64,000 bases of DNA, taken from a bacterium. GTDB lineage: Bacteria > Patescibacteriota > Saccharimonadia > Saccharimonadales > SZUA-47. This document shows positions 50,729-58,499 of the stretch, piece by piece; the first letter of the stretch is position 1; each line of letters starts with the position of its first letter. The notes under the pieces are model-generated. The model was not told the origin of the DNA. It saw nothing but the letters and a program-made list of their open reading frames with translations, and did no database searches. A program made the position numbers and the translations under genes. Location of the stretch: contig RFTN01000004.1 in the NCBI GenBank assembly GCA_009923445.1, forward strand, positions 2,438-66,437, read 5' to 3'.

Positions 50729-51784
50729 TTAAAATTCGCGCACGGTAGATTTATTAATAAGTTCTGTAAATGCAGCTTGAGCCGATTTGTTTATGTGTAG
50801 CTGGGCTAGTGCTTGACTAGCGTTGTTTGAGTATTCTAAAACCTTGTCTTTTGCTTTTTTGTAAGCACCGCTTGCCACCAATAGGTCGCGTATAATGTCT
50901 GCCTCTTTTTCGCTACAGCTGCTATTACCAAAAATTGAATTAAATGTTGCTAAATCTTTGGCATTTGAGTTCTGGTTAAAATATTCTACTAAAATAGTCA
51001 TTTTACCCTCACGTATATCGCTTGTAGTTGATTTACCTGTTACGGCTTTGTCGCCAAATGTGCCAATAATGTCGTCGGTAAACTGAAAAGCTATGCCTAA
51101 GTTTTCGGCATACACCCGCAAAAGATCTTGCTCGCTAGTTGGAGCACCCGCCAATACGGCGCCAGTTAACAGTGGCCCTATAAAGCTATAGCTAGCAGTT
51201 TTGTATCGGGCAACTGTTGCGGTTTGAATTTCCCCAGTTGGTTTAAAAGAAATCTCGTTATCGAGTAGTTCGCCGGCGGTCACCTCAAAAATACTCGTCG
51301 ACAACAACTGTTGGCACGCGCTCAGTGTATCTTTAGAAACATGTGCCGCAAGCATCGTTTTATATGCTGCAGATATAAGCAGGTCACCACCAAGCAGTGC
51401 AGCACTCAGTGCAAAATGTTGGCGACTTTTTTCATTGGCAACAAATTGGCTATAGGTTTGGCGATAGGCGCCGTCAATGTTTGGTACACCGTAGCGCAAT
51501 GTATCGTTGTCTATAATATCGTCATGAATAAGCATACTTTGATGAATAAGCTCCTGAGAAAGCGCCAGCGGCATAACAGCGGCTATGTCGCTACCACCAT
51601 ATGCCCTATATGCTAAAAGCGTCATTTTGGGGCGTAAGCGTTTGCCACCCGAATTAACAAGCCTTTGAATTTGTAACCAAAGCAGTTCGTAGTTTGGGTG
51701 TATGGTTTTAGCACTCGCTAGCTGCTCTTCAAAAAAAAGGGCGAGTGATTCTTCGATTTTATCTTTGTGGTCATGTAAATGCAT
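50729..51784 (-). CDS. crtE: polyprenyl (geranylgeranyl) diphosphate synthase
   Basis: FARM 'LIHDDIIDND' and SARM 'FQFTDDIIG', plus 'GGKRLRP'. First gene of the crt operon. Confidence 0.85.
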   Translation of the reverse strand: MHLHDHKDKIEESLALFFEEQLASAKTIHPNYELLWLQIQRLVNSGGKRLRPKMTLLAYRAYGGSDIAAVMPLALSQELIHQSMLIHDDIIDNDTLRYGVPNIDGAYRQTYSQFVANEKSRQHFALSAALLGGDLLISAAYKTMLAAHVSKDTLSACQQLLSTSIFEVTAGELLDNEISFKPTGEIQTATVARYKTASYSFIGPLLTGAVLAGAPTSEQDLLRVYAENLGIAFQFTDDIIGTFGDKAVTGKSTTSDIREGKMTILVEYFNQNSNAKDLATFNSIFGNSSCSEKEADIIRDLLVASGAYKKAKDKVLEYSNNASQALAQLHINKSAQAAFTELINKSTVREF

Positions 51785-51818
51785 ATTATTCTTTAGTATA
51801 TTTTATACTAAATCAACT

Positions 51819-51879
51819 AAGTAAGTTCTTTATTGTTAGTTAAAAGCGCTATATAACTATGGGTTAAGTAAAAAACGTA
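51819..51879. repeat. repeat C (upstream flank of crtE), homologous to right half of 54801-54941
   Basis: 'aagtaagttcttt...ataactatgggttaag...' aligns with gaps to 54878-54941, including an exact 14-mer 'aactatgggttaag'. Confidence 0.7.
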
Positions 51880-51921
51880 CAGGATACCCTGAAGTAGGAC
51901 ACTTAAGCTTGTATTGTTATC

Positions 51922-52480
51922 CTACTTAAGTATACCTCGTTGGCTGTTTTGTAGCCCAAGACTTGTCTTGGGCGATCGTTTAGGTACGTCAGTACCTGAG
52001 CGATCTTTCATTTGTAACTGTTTGCAAATCTGTATTCTTCGGTATGAAGTGGCGTATCCATTTGTTGGTATTCTCAACCAGTCCTTTCTCCTAGCTATGG
52101 TATGGATGCGTAAAGTAGAATGGAGCTCCAGGCAACTGTTCATAGTATCTCCAGTGGGTAAAAGCTATGTCGTTGTCGGTCAGGATAGTCTTGACTCTAA
52201 CTCCATCAAACAGCTTACGTAGGGCTCGCGAGAGCTACGGTTTTGTTCGATTGGGCATTAGCTCTATCATAGTTTGTTTGCTTAGAGTGTCGACTTCCAC
52301 AAGTAACACAGCCTTGCCACCGCTCTTTGTCGGGCTGACGATGAAGTCGAGTTCGTAGTGACCAAGCTCATCACGCAGGATGCGTTCTTCAATCCATCTA
52401 CGTTCACCAATGATTCCCCGGCGGTACATAGCTTACCGTCGTTTAGGCTTACCTTTGAAGTACAGCTTATGTTGCAGAAT
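51922..52480 (-). pseudogene. IS30-family transposase remnant (N-terminally truncated, frameshifts and an in-frame stop)
   Basis: Minus-strand fragments read 'IEERILRDELGHYELDFIVS...AVLLVEVDTLSK', 'KTILTDNDIAFTHW' and 'FTHPYHS*EKGLVENTNKWIRHFIPKNTD', where TAG replaces the conserved Trp. Together they match the IS30 DDE core in three different frames. Confidence 0.8.
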
Positions 52481-52581
52481 CCGGGAGCTTGACAAAAGTA
52501 AAAGTATTATTACTTTACACGGATCTCCTCGTACAGAAGTATACATATTCATCTAGCAACTTAAGTGATATACTAACGTTC

Positions 52582-52803
52582 ATGAACGATGATACTATTC
52601 AAGATTTAAAGCAATTCATATCTGCAACCGTACATCAAGAAATTGCTGGTTTAGAAGAAAGGCTAGAAAACAAGATAGATAGTAGATCCGATGAAATTCT
52701 TTCTGCAATCGGCGATACTACAAGCGATAGGTTTGATTCAGTTGAAGAAGATGTAAAGAATCTCGACACAAGAGTCACAAGACTCGAATCTAACCCAGCG
52801 TAA
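52582..52803 (+). CDS. small coiled-coil protein
   Basis: 73 aa counted from internal Met32 of the track ORF. Heptad-like 'IAGLEERLENKIDSRSDEILSAI...VKNLDTRVTRLES'. No family recognised. Confidence 0.4.
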   Translation: MNDDTIQDLKQFISATVHQEIAGLEERLENKIDSRSDEILSAIGDTTSDRFDSVEEDVKNLDTRVTRLESNPA

Positions 52804-52902
52804 TACTTTTTTCATGATAAGTTTTAATTATAGCTTTTTTTATTATGTAGCTAAACCAGCACAAAGACTAAATACCGATGAACAGTAAGCATTTCTGTAG
52901 CT

Positions 52903-53058
52903 GCGGGGTGAGAAAGTCCAGTGGACTTTAGCAAGGCCGGAAACTGATTTCAAGCTTGCTTGGAGTAGGCTTGAGGCGGGGTCGCGAGTAATCGTGACTT
53001 TGCATACTTTTGCACCTGCAAAATAAAAGTATGTCGAATAGGCTAGCGAAGCAGGCCA
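52903..53058 (+). repeat. structured repeat element E2
   Basis: 'gcggggtgag', hairpin H1 'aaagtcc agt ggacttt' (52913-52929) and 'agcaagg' form the same module as E1 and E3. A possible degenerate 'gtcgaat...aggcca' end lies at 53030-53058. There is no plausible coding frame. Confidence 0.55.
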
Positions 53059-53184
53059 TCGAAAAGTGACTTCCTGATGATACTGTTGAAGCACAGCAAA
53101 TTATTGAAGAACTAGTTAGCGGGGTCATTGAATTCTATATTACAATTGAAAAAATTATGAAAGTGTTGTATTATATTATTCCTA

Positions 53185-54675
53185 ATGTTTGGTAGAAAAG
53201 ATAAGACAATTGAACAAGCACATGAATCGGTTGCGCCGATTAAGCTACCTGAAGCTCCAGAAGAACTTACACTTGCCCCTGCGAGTATAGTAACTTATGA
53301 AAATTTGGACATATCTGATGTTTATGAACAAGTACTTTCTGTAAACGGCAGCGTTAAGCTGATCAACACAAGACTGCCTCTTCCAGCAGATGACGTAACG
53401 CTTAATGTTGAGACTGACGGAGATACTTTTGACGTATATGGAACAATAAGCTTGCTAGATAAAAAACGTGCTGCAGGGGTTGTTAAAAAAGTTGCTAAGC
53501 TTATAGAGAAGTCTAGTGAAGATACGGGCGGCACTATAACTACATACAGGGATGGTTTAGACGTAAAGGATCAAAACGGAACGCGCCTCCTTATCGCTCA
53601 AGGTGCCTATTACTCGGAAAACGAAAGCATCATCGTGAGCACTGGTAAACTTAAGGATGGATACGACTCGACATTGGATGTATTTGAGTCTCCTGAGCTA
53701 ACTAAGGAGCTATTTAAAGCGACAGTAGAACAGACGCTTGGGGCAATGGCGATGGTGTTGAATGTTGCATACGCAATGGAAGAAAACCAAACTGGGCGCG
53801 AAGTTACTTTGCGCGTTGTCCAGAAAAATTCTCAAAAATTGCAAGATACAAAATCACAAGAAGAAGTTGAGCAATTGGTAAATGATGGGGCACATCCAAA
53901 GCTAACACTTGATGATATTGGTGGCCAAGCTGAAGCAAAAGAAGAGATCAAGAGTTTGGCGTACGCATTATCACACCCAGAATCATACCGAAGGTGGGGT
54001 GCACAGCCTCCTAAAGGCATACTTTTTGAAGGTCCGCCCGGCACAGGCAAGACATTATTGGCTCGTGTAGTGGCGTCAGAGGCAGATGCTTCGTTCTTCC
54101 CAGTATCGGTAGCAGATGTTACTTCTAAGTGGTATGGCGACTCTGAAAAAAAGATCAAACGAATATTCGAACAAGCAGCCCGAGCAGAGAAGGCTATTAT
54201 ATATTTTGACGAACTTGATGCTTTATCGCCATCGCGCAACAGCTCTCACGAGGCAACGAGTCGCGTAGTCAGCATAATCTTGCAGTGTATGGACGGGTTC
54301 CTAGCTAAAGGAAATGTGTTTGTTATTGCATCGACAAATAATGCAGATAAGATAGATGAAGCATTACTTCGTACTGGCCGCTTTGATAGGAAAATATACA
54401 TAGGTTTGCCGGATAGTGAAGCACGCAAATCTATCTTTAACATACATATGAAAAAAGCATGCGAAACAGCAGATAGACAACTATTCGATGAGATTGATCT
54501 TGACGAACTTGCTGAGGCCGCAGAAGGAATAAGTGGTGCGGATATTAAGGAAATGGTAAGAAGAACGCTCGAACAAAAAGTGCGTACAGAAATGATTTCT
54601 AAACAGGCGAATGACAACCCTGTCACTACACAGGATATATTGAATCAGCTATCTGCTTACAAAAAGATAAATTGA
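53185..54675 (+). CDS. AAA+ ATPase (classic FtsH/CDC48-type AAA module) with uncharacterised ~240-aa N-terminal domain
   Basis: Walker A 'GPPGTGKTLLAR', Walker B 'IIYFDELDAL' and a second region of homology 'ASTNNADKIDEALLRTGRFDRKIYI'. The N-terminal half has no recognisable motif. Confidence 0.8.
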   Translation: MFGRKDKTIEQAHESVAPIKLPEAPEELTLAPASIVTYENLDISDVYEQVLSVNGSVKLINTRLPLPADDVTLNVETDGDTFDVYGTISLLDKKRAAGVVKKVAKLIEKSSEDTGGTITTYRDGLDVKDQNGTRLLIAQGAYYSENESIIVSTGKLKDGYDSTLDVFESPELTKELFKATVEQTLGAMAMVLNVAYAMEENQTGREVTLRVVQKNSQKLQDTKSQEEVEQLVNDGAHPKLTLDDIGGQAEAKEEIKSLAYALSHPESYRRWGAQPPKGILFEGPPGTGKTLLARVVASEADASFFPVSVADVTSKWYGDSEKKIKRIFEQAARAEKAIIYFDELDALSPSRNSSHEATSRVVSIILQCMDGFLAKGNVFVIASTNNADKIDEALLRTGRFDRKIYIGLPDSEARKSIFNIHMKKACETADRQLFDEIDLDELAEAAEGISGADIKEMVRRTLEQKVRTEMISKQANDNPVTTQDILNQLSAYKKIN

Positions 54676-54800
54676 CCTTTAACATAGGGTTAAATTACGG
54701 TTTTGTATCGTGCATCAGATAAGAATAATCTTAAACTTGTTACTCCTGAACCTACGCTAAGTAATAACGTACTGATAGGTAATAATGTATTTGCTACTTC

Positions 54801-54941
54801 ACAAAGCCCGAAAACAAGTTTAGCCAAATAAAACGCCTCCAGGCAGGGTTTGTTTTAAGCGACTCTTTTTCATAAACAAGTAAGTTCTTTGAATGTATGT
54901 TAGTTGCGTTATAAAACTATGGGTTAAGCGGAAAATACGTA
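54801..54941. repeat. composite ghost junction: copy of crtEb 3' end fused to copy of crtE upstream flank
   Basis: 54801-54880 matches 46964-47043 (76/80 by manual alignment). 54878-54941 matches 51819-51879 with gaps. The switch point is at 'aagtaagttcttt'. Confidence 0.85.
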
Positions 54942-55513
54942 ACGTTTGCATCATGAAAAGGGAAGGCGTTCCAGCTTGGGCAGCTTTGGTGTACTAAATG
55001 GTCAAAAACATCCTCTGGTGTTTGGGGCCCCTGCATATGTTTAGGCAGCCAAGAGCTTGTCAGGGTAAATAAATCGCCGTGTTGGTTAAGTGGTACCAGT
55101 CCTACACCGTGCGGCTCGCTGTCAGGGCTGTATATGATATTTTGTTCTAGATCGTGCTCTTCGGTTGCGTCTATATCTAGTATTACGCCGTACCCATTTT
55201 TAACCATATGACGTAGTAGCTTACAAAAACTTTTCTCGCTTGATTCGTTGGCAAAGCCAAGGTCACGCCAAGAATCTAGCCCAATATCTGTCGCTATCAT
55301 GTTCATTGCAACGGTCATAAGGCTATTTTTACGATGTTTAGTAAGGTGTGCAGACTCGTCAATTGCACAAAACCCAACGTATGCAAGATACGACTCTGTG
55401 CTAACTTCGTTAGTACTAAGCCTATCGAAGGCCGTTGGGTAACACACCGGCAAGGGAGCGTCCGGTCCGGTTAACCCCTTGCGCACTTTGTCTTGGTAGC
55501 TTTGCTCACTCAT
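54917..55513 (-). CDS. hypothetical protein (198 aa)
   Basis: Intact ORF with no confident motif. Its last codons ('...PLNP*') lie inside the repeat, which also occurs, degraded, upstream of crtE. Confidence 0.5.
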   Translation of the reverse strand: MSEQSYQDKVRKGLTGPDAPLPVCYPTAFDRLSTNEVSTESYLAYVGFCAIDESAHLTKHRKNSLMTVAMNMIATDIGLDSWRDLGFANESSEKSFCKLLRHMVKNGYGVILDIDATEEHDLEQNIIYSPDSEPHGVGLVPLNQHGDLFTLTSSWLPKHMQGPQTPEDVFDHLVHQSCPSWNAFPFHDANVTYFPLNP

Positions 55514-55572
55514 ATAGAATGAGACAGATTATCTGTTAGTTTACGTTTTTATGCAAGGTATTAACCGGTTTG

Positions 55573-55610
55573 TTAGGCAAAAAACTGTATAAACAACCAG
55601 GTGGAAGGGC
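55573..55610. repeat. degraded copy R1 of the DUF2177 gene 3' end
   Basis: 'ttaggcaaaaaactgtataaacaaccaggtggaagggc' compared with 61472-61509 gives about 33/38 identical. Confidence 0.5.
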
Positions 55611-55636
55611 ACCGGGTTCTGGTCTCATCGTTCGTA

Positions 55637-55664
55637 GGTTTAAATTCCTTATCCTCAGCCAAAT
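55637..55664 (+). repeat. tRNA-3'-end-like motif, copy a
   Basis: 'ggtttaaattccttatcctcagccaaat' has a T-loop-like segment followed by '...CCNCAGCCAAAT'. Confidence 0.5.
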
Positions 55665-55773
55665 TGATTATTCAGCTAATACAACCAAACCTCATATCTG
55701 GAAGTTGAAAAGTTCGAATACCCTTATCTCCTAGGAAAAGTTACTCATTCCTGACTCAAAACCAAAAAACCCG

Positions 55774-55802
55774 TTGACATAAAGTTAATCTTTAGTTAAA
55801 CT
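55774..55802 (+). promoter_or_regulatory. putative promoter of the Phd/RelE operon (leaderless transcript predicted)
   Basis: TTGACA (55774-55779), a 17-nt spacer, then TAAACT (55797-55802). The ATG at 55809 is 7 nt downstream of the -10. The spacer contains the near-palindrome 'aagttaatctttagttaaactt'. Confidence 0.55.
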
Positions 55803-55808
55803 TAGTGC

Positions 55809-56036
55809 ATGAGTACAAATAAATCTGTTAGCCTTAAAGAACTACGCGAACAGTTCCCTAAGTATATTGAAGCTATTTCTAAGGGACAAAGCTTTACGGT
55901 AGTTAAACGATCAAAACCTATTTTTCAGTTAAACCCAATCAGTGACGAAGGCGATTGGCAAACTATTGCTGATTTTACTACCATCGAAGATAATGGCGTT
56001 AAAGCTGAAGATGTACTGGCAGTACTAGAGGCATAA
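55809..56036 (+). CDS. type II antitoxin, Phd/YefM family
   Basis: 75 aa. 'VSLKELREQFPKYIEAISKGQSFTVVKRSKPIF' is typical of the Phd/YefM N-terminal fold. Confidence 0.75.
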   Translation: MSTNKSVSLKELREQFPKYIEAISKGQSFTVVKRSKPIFQLNPISDEGDWQTIADFTTIEDNGVKAEDVLAVLEA

Positions 56037-56042
56037 TTTATT

Positions 56043-56288
56043 ATGGCTGATAAGATAAAAAAGCTTTTAGCCAAACTTAAATCTCAAGAGCGTGAATTAG
56101 TTAAGTTGTTGATATTGCGAGTCAAATTAGACGATACCCTAGGGCTAGATATTAAGCAACTAAAAGGTCATTCTGATCTTTTTAGAGTACGAAAGGGAAG
56201 GTTAAGAATTGTATTTAGAAAAGATGCAAACAGCTTTTTAATTGTAAGAATAGACCGCCGGAACGAAAAAACTTACAAAGATCTTTAA
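56043..56288 (+). CDS. type II toxin, RelE/ParE superfamily
   Basis: 81 aa. 'LKGHSDLFRVRKGRLRIVFRKDANSFLIVRIDRRNEKTY' matches the RelE/ParE core pattern. It lies 7 nt after the antitoxin gene. Confidence 0.75.
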   Translation: MADKIKKLLAKLKSQERELVKLLILRVKLDDTLGLDIKQLKGHSDLFRVRKGRLRIVFRKDANSFLIVRIDRRNEKTYKDL

Positions 56289-56304
56289 AACAAGTTCAGC
56301 CAGG

Positions 56305-56339
<35 letters not shown>

Positions 56340-56346
56340 CTACAAA

Positions 56347-56374
56347 AGTTAGAATCCATCATCCCCAGCCAAAT
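56347..56374 (+). repeat. tRNA-3'-end-like motif, copy b
   Basis: 'agttagaatccatcatccccagccaaat'. Confidence 0.55.
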
Positions 56375-56540
56375 TTGTTTTATAGTATTTTCATCTGTTA
56401 TTTCGGTTTTGATTTTTCGGTTATTGTGAAATAATTCAATCATTTGTAAAATCCTTATCTTTTAATTAAGTTCGAATCCTTTATGCCCTTTTACGGCTAC
56501 CCATATATATGCTTAAGTAAAAATCTGCTAATATAATCCT

Positions 56541-56690
56541 ATGAAGAAATATGATTTTTTAATTCTATTAGTAGTTTCAGCGTTTTTCGGATTTTTTATA
56601 GCAACAGCAAAAGACAGGGCTAGGTATGTTATTTCGATCTTACCCGTAATCGCTGTAATCATTTTAGCTTTTAGACAGAGAAAGAGTTAA
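56541..56690 (+). CDS. possible small hydrophobic peptide (49 aa)
   Basis: 'MKKYDFLILLVVSAFFGFFIATAKDRARYVISILPVIAVIILAFRQRKS' has two predicted TM segments. It is below the track's size cutoff and has no clear RBS. Confidence 0.3.
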   Translation: MKKYDFLILLVVSAFFGFFIATAKDRARYVISILPVIAVIILAFRQRKS

Positions 56691-56849
56691 GGTAAGTTCT
56701 TCTAGAGATCCATTCCTTTAGTATTGCTGTCGGACTAGCGTGTCTTAACTAGAAAGCACCGTTCCATCGGGATACTTTCTTATTAATAGTCATCACAGTC
56801 CGTCATTATGGTTTCCTTTTTCAAACATTGTGAAGAAGTTCATGAACTT

Positions 56850-56903
56850 GTAAATCCTCATCTGTAAAAGTTCCATTAACGTCCTGCCTCCCCGGCCAAA
56901 TTG
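56850..56903 (+). repeat. tRNA-3'-end-like motif, long variant, copy d
   Basis: 'gtaaatcctcatc|tgtaaaagttccattaacgtcctgcct|ccccggccaaattg' is the same ends as the short copies, with a 27-nt internal segment. Confidence 0.7.
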
Positions 56904-57035
56904 AATTTCAACTAGTCCACCAAACTTTCTTATATGCTGATGTTTTGTTGTTTTTTAATTATGATCAGTGAGCTACCTATATAGGTAATGCCTTATATTG
57001 AAACTTTGTATAGTTACTGATATACTTATAAAGTT

Positions 57036-57947
57036 ATGAACTACCAAGAATATCTAAAATCAATCATTAAAGCGTCAGGCTGGTCTCAGGAGCAACTTGC
57101 ATCGCAATTGGGCGTAACTTTCGTAACTGTAAATTCCTGGATAAATAGTAGATCTAAACCCAGAGCAAAAGCACTGGTACGTATAGAAAAACTCTATTTC
57201 GACACTGTTGGTACCGAAACGGTAGATACTAATATACTCGCTAAGCTAAAAGCTCAGGCCCTAAAGAGCAAAATTACCCCTCAGCAGCTAGTAAGCAACA
57301 AAGAATTACTTGATAAACTAACACTTTACTTAACCTATCATACGAATACTATCGAAGGTAGTACTATGACATTATCTGATGTCGGGGATGTTATCTTTGA
57401 TCGCAAAGTATTGTCTAACCGCACGGCAATTGAACAGGCAGAGGCACGCAACCACCAGGCAACACTCCATTGGTTAATAGATTTACTAAATCAAGATAAA
57501 AAATTAGTAATAAGCGAAGGACTTATATTAGATACCCATTTGCGACTTATGAATGGAATTATTAGTGATGCCGGTAAATACCGTAACCATGCAGTTAGGA
57601 TTCTAGGCTCGAGGGTGGTATTGGCAAACCATTTAAAAGTTCCTGAACTTGTTAAGGAACTTAGTGGGGACGATTCGCTAAAGTACGATCTGATCTCCAA
57701 ACTAGCTCGAACACATGCACAATTTGAGCAGATTCACCCTTTTAGCGATGGCAACGGTCGAACGGGTAGATTGATCATGCTTATTCAGGCCCTAATTGAC
57801 AGTAAGGTTCCGCCCCTAGTGCGTAAAGAACGCAAGTTTGCATACTATAAGGTCCTTGAAATTGCTCAAACAAAAGGTATTTATGAGCCTCTAGAATTAT
57901 TTATTGCTGAATCTATGTTATTTAGTAACGAGCTCCTCAGTAGTTAA
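57036..57947 (+). CDS. Fic-domain protein with N-terminal XRE-type HTH
   Basis: HTH 'SGWSQEQLASQLGVTFVTVNSWINSRSKP', Fic motif 'HPFSDGNGRTGRL' and an upstream 'TNTIEGS' (S/TxxxEG-type) helix. Confidence 0.85.
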   Translation: MNYQEYLKSIIKASGWSQEQLASQLGVTFVTVNSWINSRSKPRAKALVRIEKLYFDTVGTETVDTNILAKLKAQALKSKITPQQLVSNKELLDKLTLYLTYHTNTIEGSTMTLSDVGDVIFDRKVLSNRTAIEQAEARNHQATLHWLIDLLNQDKKLVISEGLILDTHLRLMNGIISDAGKYRNHAVRILGSRVVLANHLKVPELVKELSGDDSLKYDLISKLARTHAQFEQIHPFSDGNGRTGRLIMLIQALIDSKVPPLVRKERKFAYYKVLEIAQTKGIYEPLELFIAESMLFSNELLSS

Positions 57948-58011
57948 AGAGCCGTCTTCCGTAGAGTCATCGAGCAGTTTCTGGATTTCTTCTATATCAT
58001 CAACGTTCAGA

Positions 58012-58060
58012 AGATCCTCATCTGTAAAAGTTCCATTTACGTTCTGCCTCCCCAGCCAAG
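58012..58060 (+). repeat. tRNA-3'-end-like motif, long variant, copy e
   Basis: 'agatcctcatctgtaaaagttccatttacgttctgcctccccagccaag' has about 43/46 identity with copy d. Confidence 0.7.
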
Positions 58061-58105
58061 CATAAGCATTATACACACAACGAAATTTATGCTAGTCTAA
58101 AACAC

Positions 58106-58282
58106 ATGAAAGAAAACATCCCTACTCCAGATTCTAATGCTACGTCAGAAAATATTACTGATTCCATCGAAGCTCAAAGTTTACCGCTAATAAGACTTAT
58201 CCCTTTACCTAGGACATTGGCGCTTGGTGAGCAGATGGAGCCTGGAGTTGCTTATACTCCTCGCATTACTATTCCAAGATAA
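58106..58282 (+). CDS. possible small protein (58 aa)
   Basis: 'MKENIPTPDSNATSENITDSIEAQSLPLIRLIPLPRTLALGEQMEPGVAYTPRITIPR'. It is followed by a strong terminator and is below the track cutoff. Confidence 0.3.
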   Translation: MKENIPTPDSNATSENITDSIEAQSLPLIRLIPLPRTLALGEQMEPGVAYTPRITIPR

Positions 58283-58304
58283 AGTTGCGAAGTACGTCTA
58301 CTAA

Positions 58305-58317
58305 GGGCAGCCAAATT
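58305..58317 (+). repeat. tRNA-3'-end-like motif, short copy g
   Basis: 'gggcagccaaatt' lies directly before the terminator hairpin. Confidence 0.4.
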
Positions 58318-58345
58318 AAAAACCGTCCGTTTGGGCGGTTTTTAA
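58317..58345. terminator. bidirectional rho-independent terminator
   Basis: 'aaaaaccgtcc gttt gggcggttttt' has an A tract, a GC hairpin and a T tract. Confidence 0.75.
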
Positions 58346-58384
58346 TTTGCTTGAGTTGGAGGATTCGAATTCCGAGTGAGCATT

Positions 58385-58499
58385 CGGGGTGAAAACTGCC
58401 AGTGGCAGTTTGCAAGGCAATCTTCACTTGCAAACTAGTTTGCAAAGCAGAAGTTGCGGGCCTGCAGGATGCAGGTCGAATCCCTCATCCCCGGCCAGA
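58385..58499 (+). repeat. structured repeat element E3, ending in tRNA-3'-end-like motif (copy f)
   Basis: The order is 'cggggtga', H1 'aaactgcc agt ggcagttt' (58393-58411), H2 'ttgcaag...cttgcaa', H3 'ttgcaaac ta gtttgcaa', 'agca', then '...ggtcgaatccctcatccccggcca'. Confidence 0.7.

Noticed and set aside
51914-52358. Plus-strand ORFs 51914..52222 and 52167..52358.
   Set aside because: They are antisense to the IS30 transposase remnant, whose DDE-core motifs read clearly on the minus strand.
52905-52930. 'GGGGTGAGAAAGTCCAG' resembles the RNase P RNA P4 strand 'GAGGAAAGUCCGG'.
   Set aside because: The AAAGTCC segment pairs locally with GGACTTT 3 nt downstream to form hairpin H1. No CR-IV/CR-V partner ('ACAGAA...GGCUUA') is present nearby. 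The same module recurs three times in the window.
52843-53128. Two overlapping minus-strand ORFs (83 and 66 aa) between the coiled-coil ORF and the AAA gene.
   Set aside because: The region is occupied by repeat element E2, which is homologous to non-coding E1 and E3. The frames are not conserved among the copies.
58385-58499. E3 as a genuine tRNA (type II or tRNA-Sec-like, 113 nt) or a tmRNA fragment.
   Set aside because: A 5+3-bp terminal helix (cgggg tga / tca t ccccg) and a long 'D-stem' can be drawn. However, there is no 7-nt anticodon loop, the T loop reads GGTCGAATCC (one T short) with no matching 5' T-stem strand, and the length is wrong. It is far too short and lacks a tag ORF for tmRNA. 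The terminal helix is not conserved in E1 or E2.
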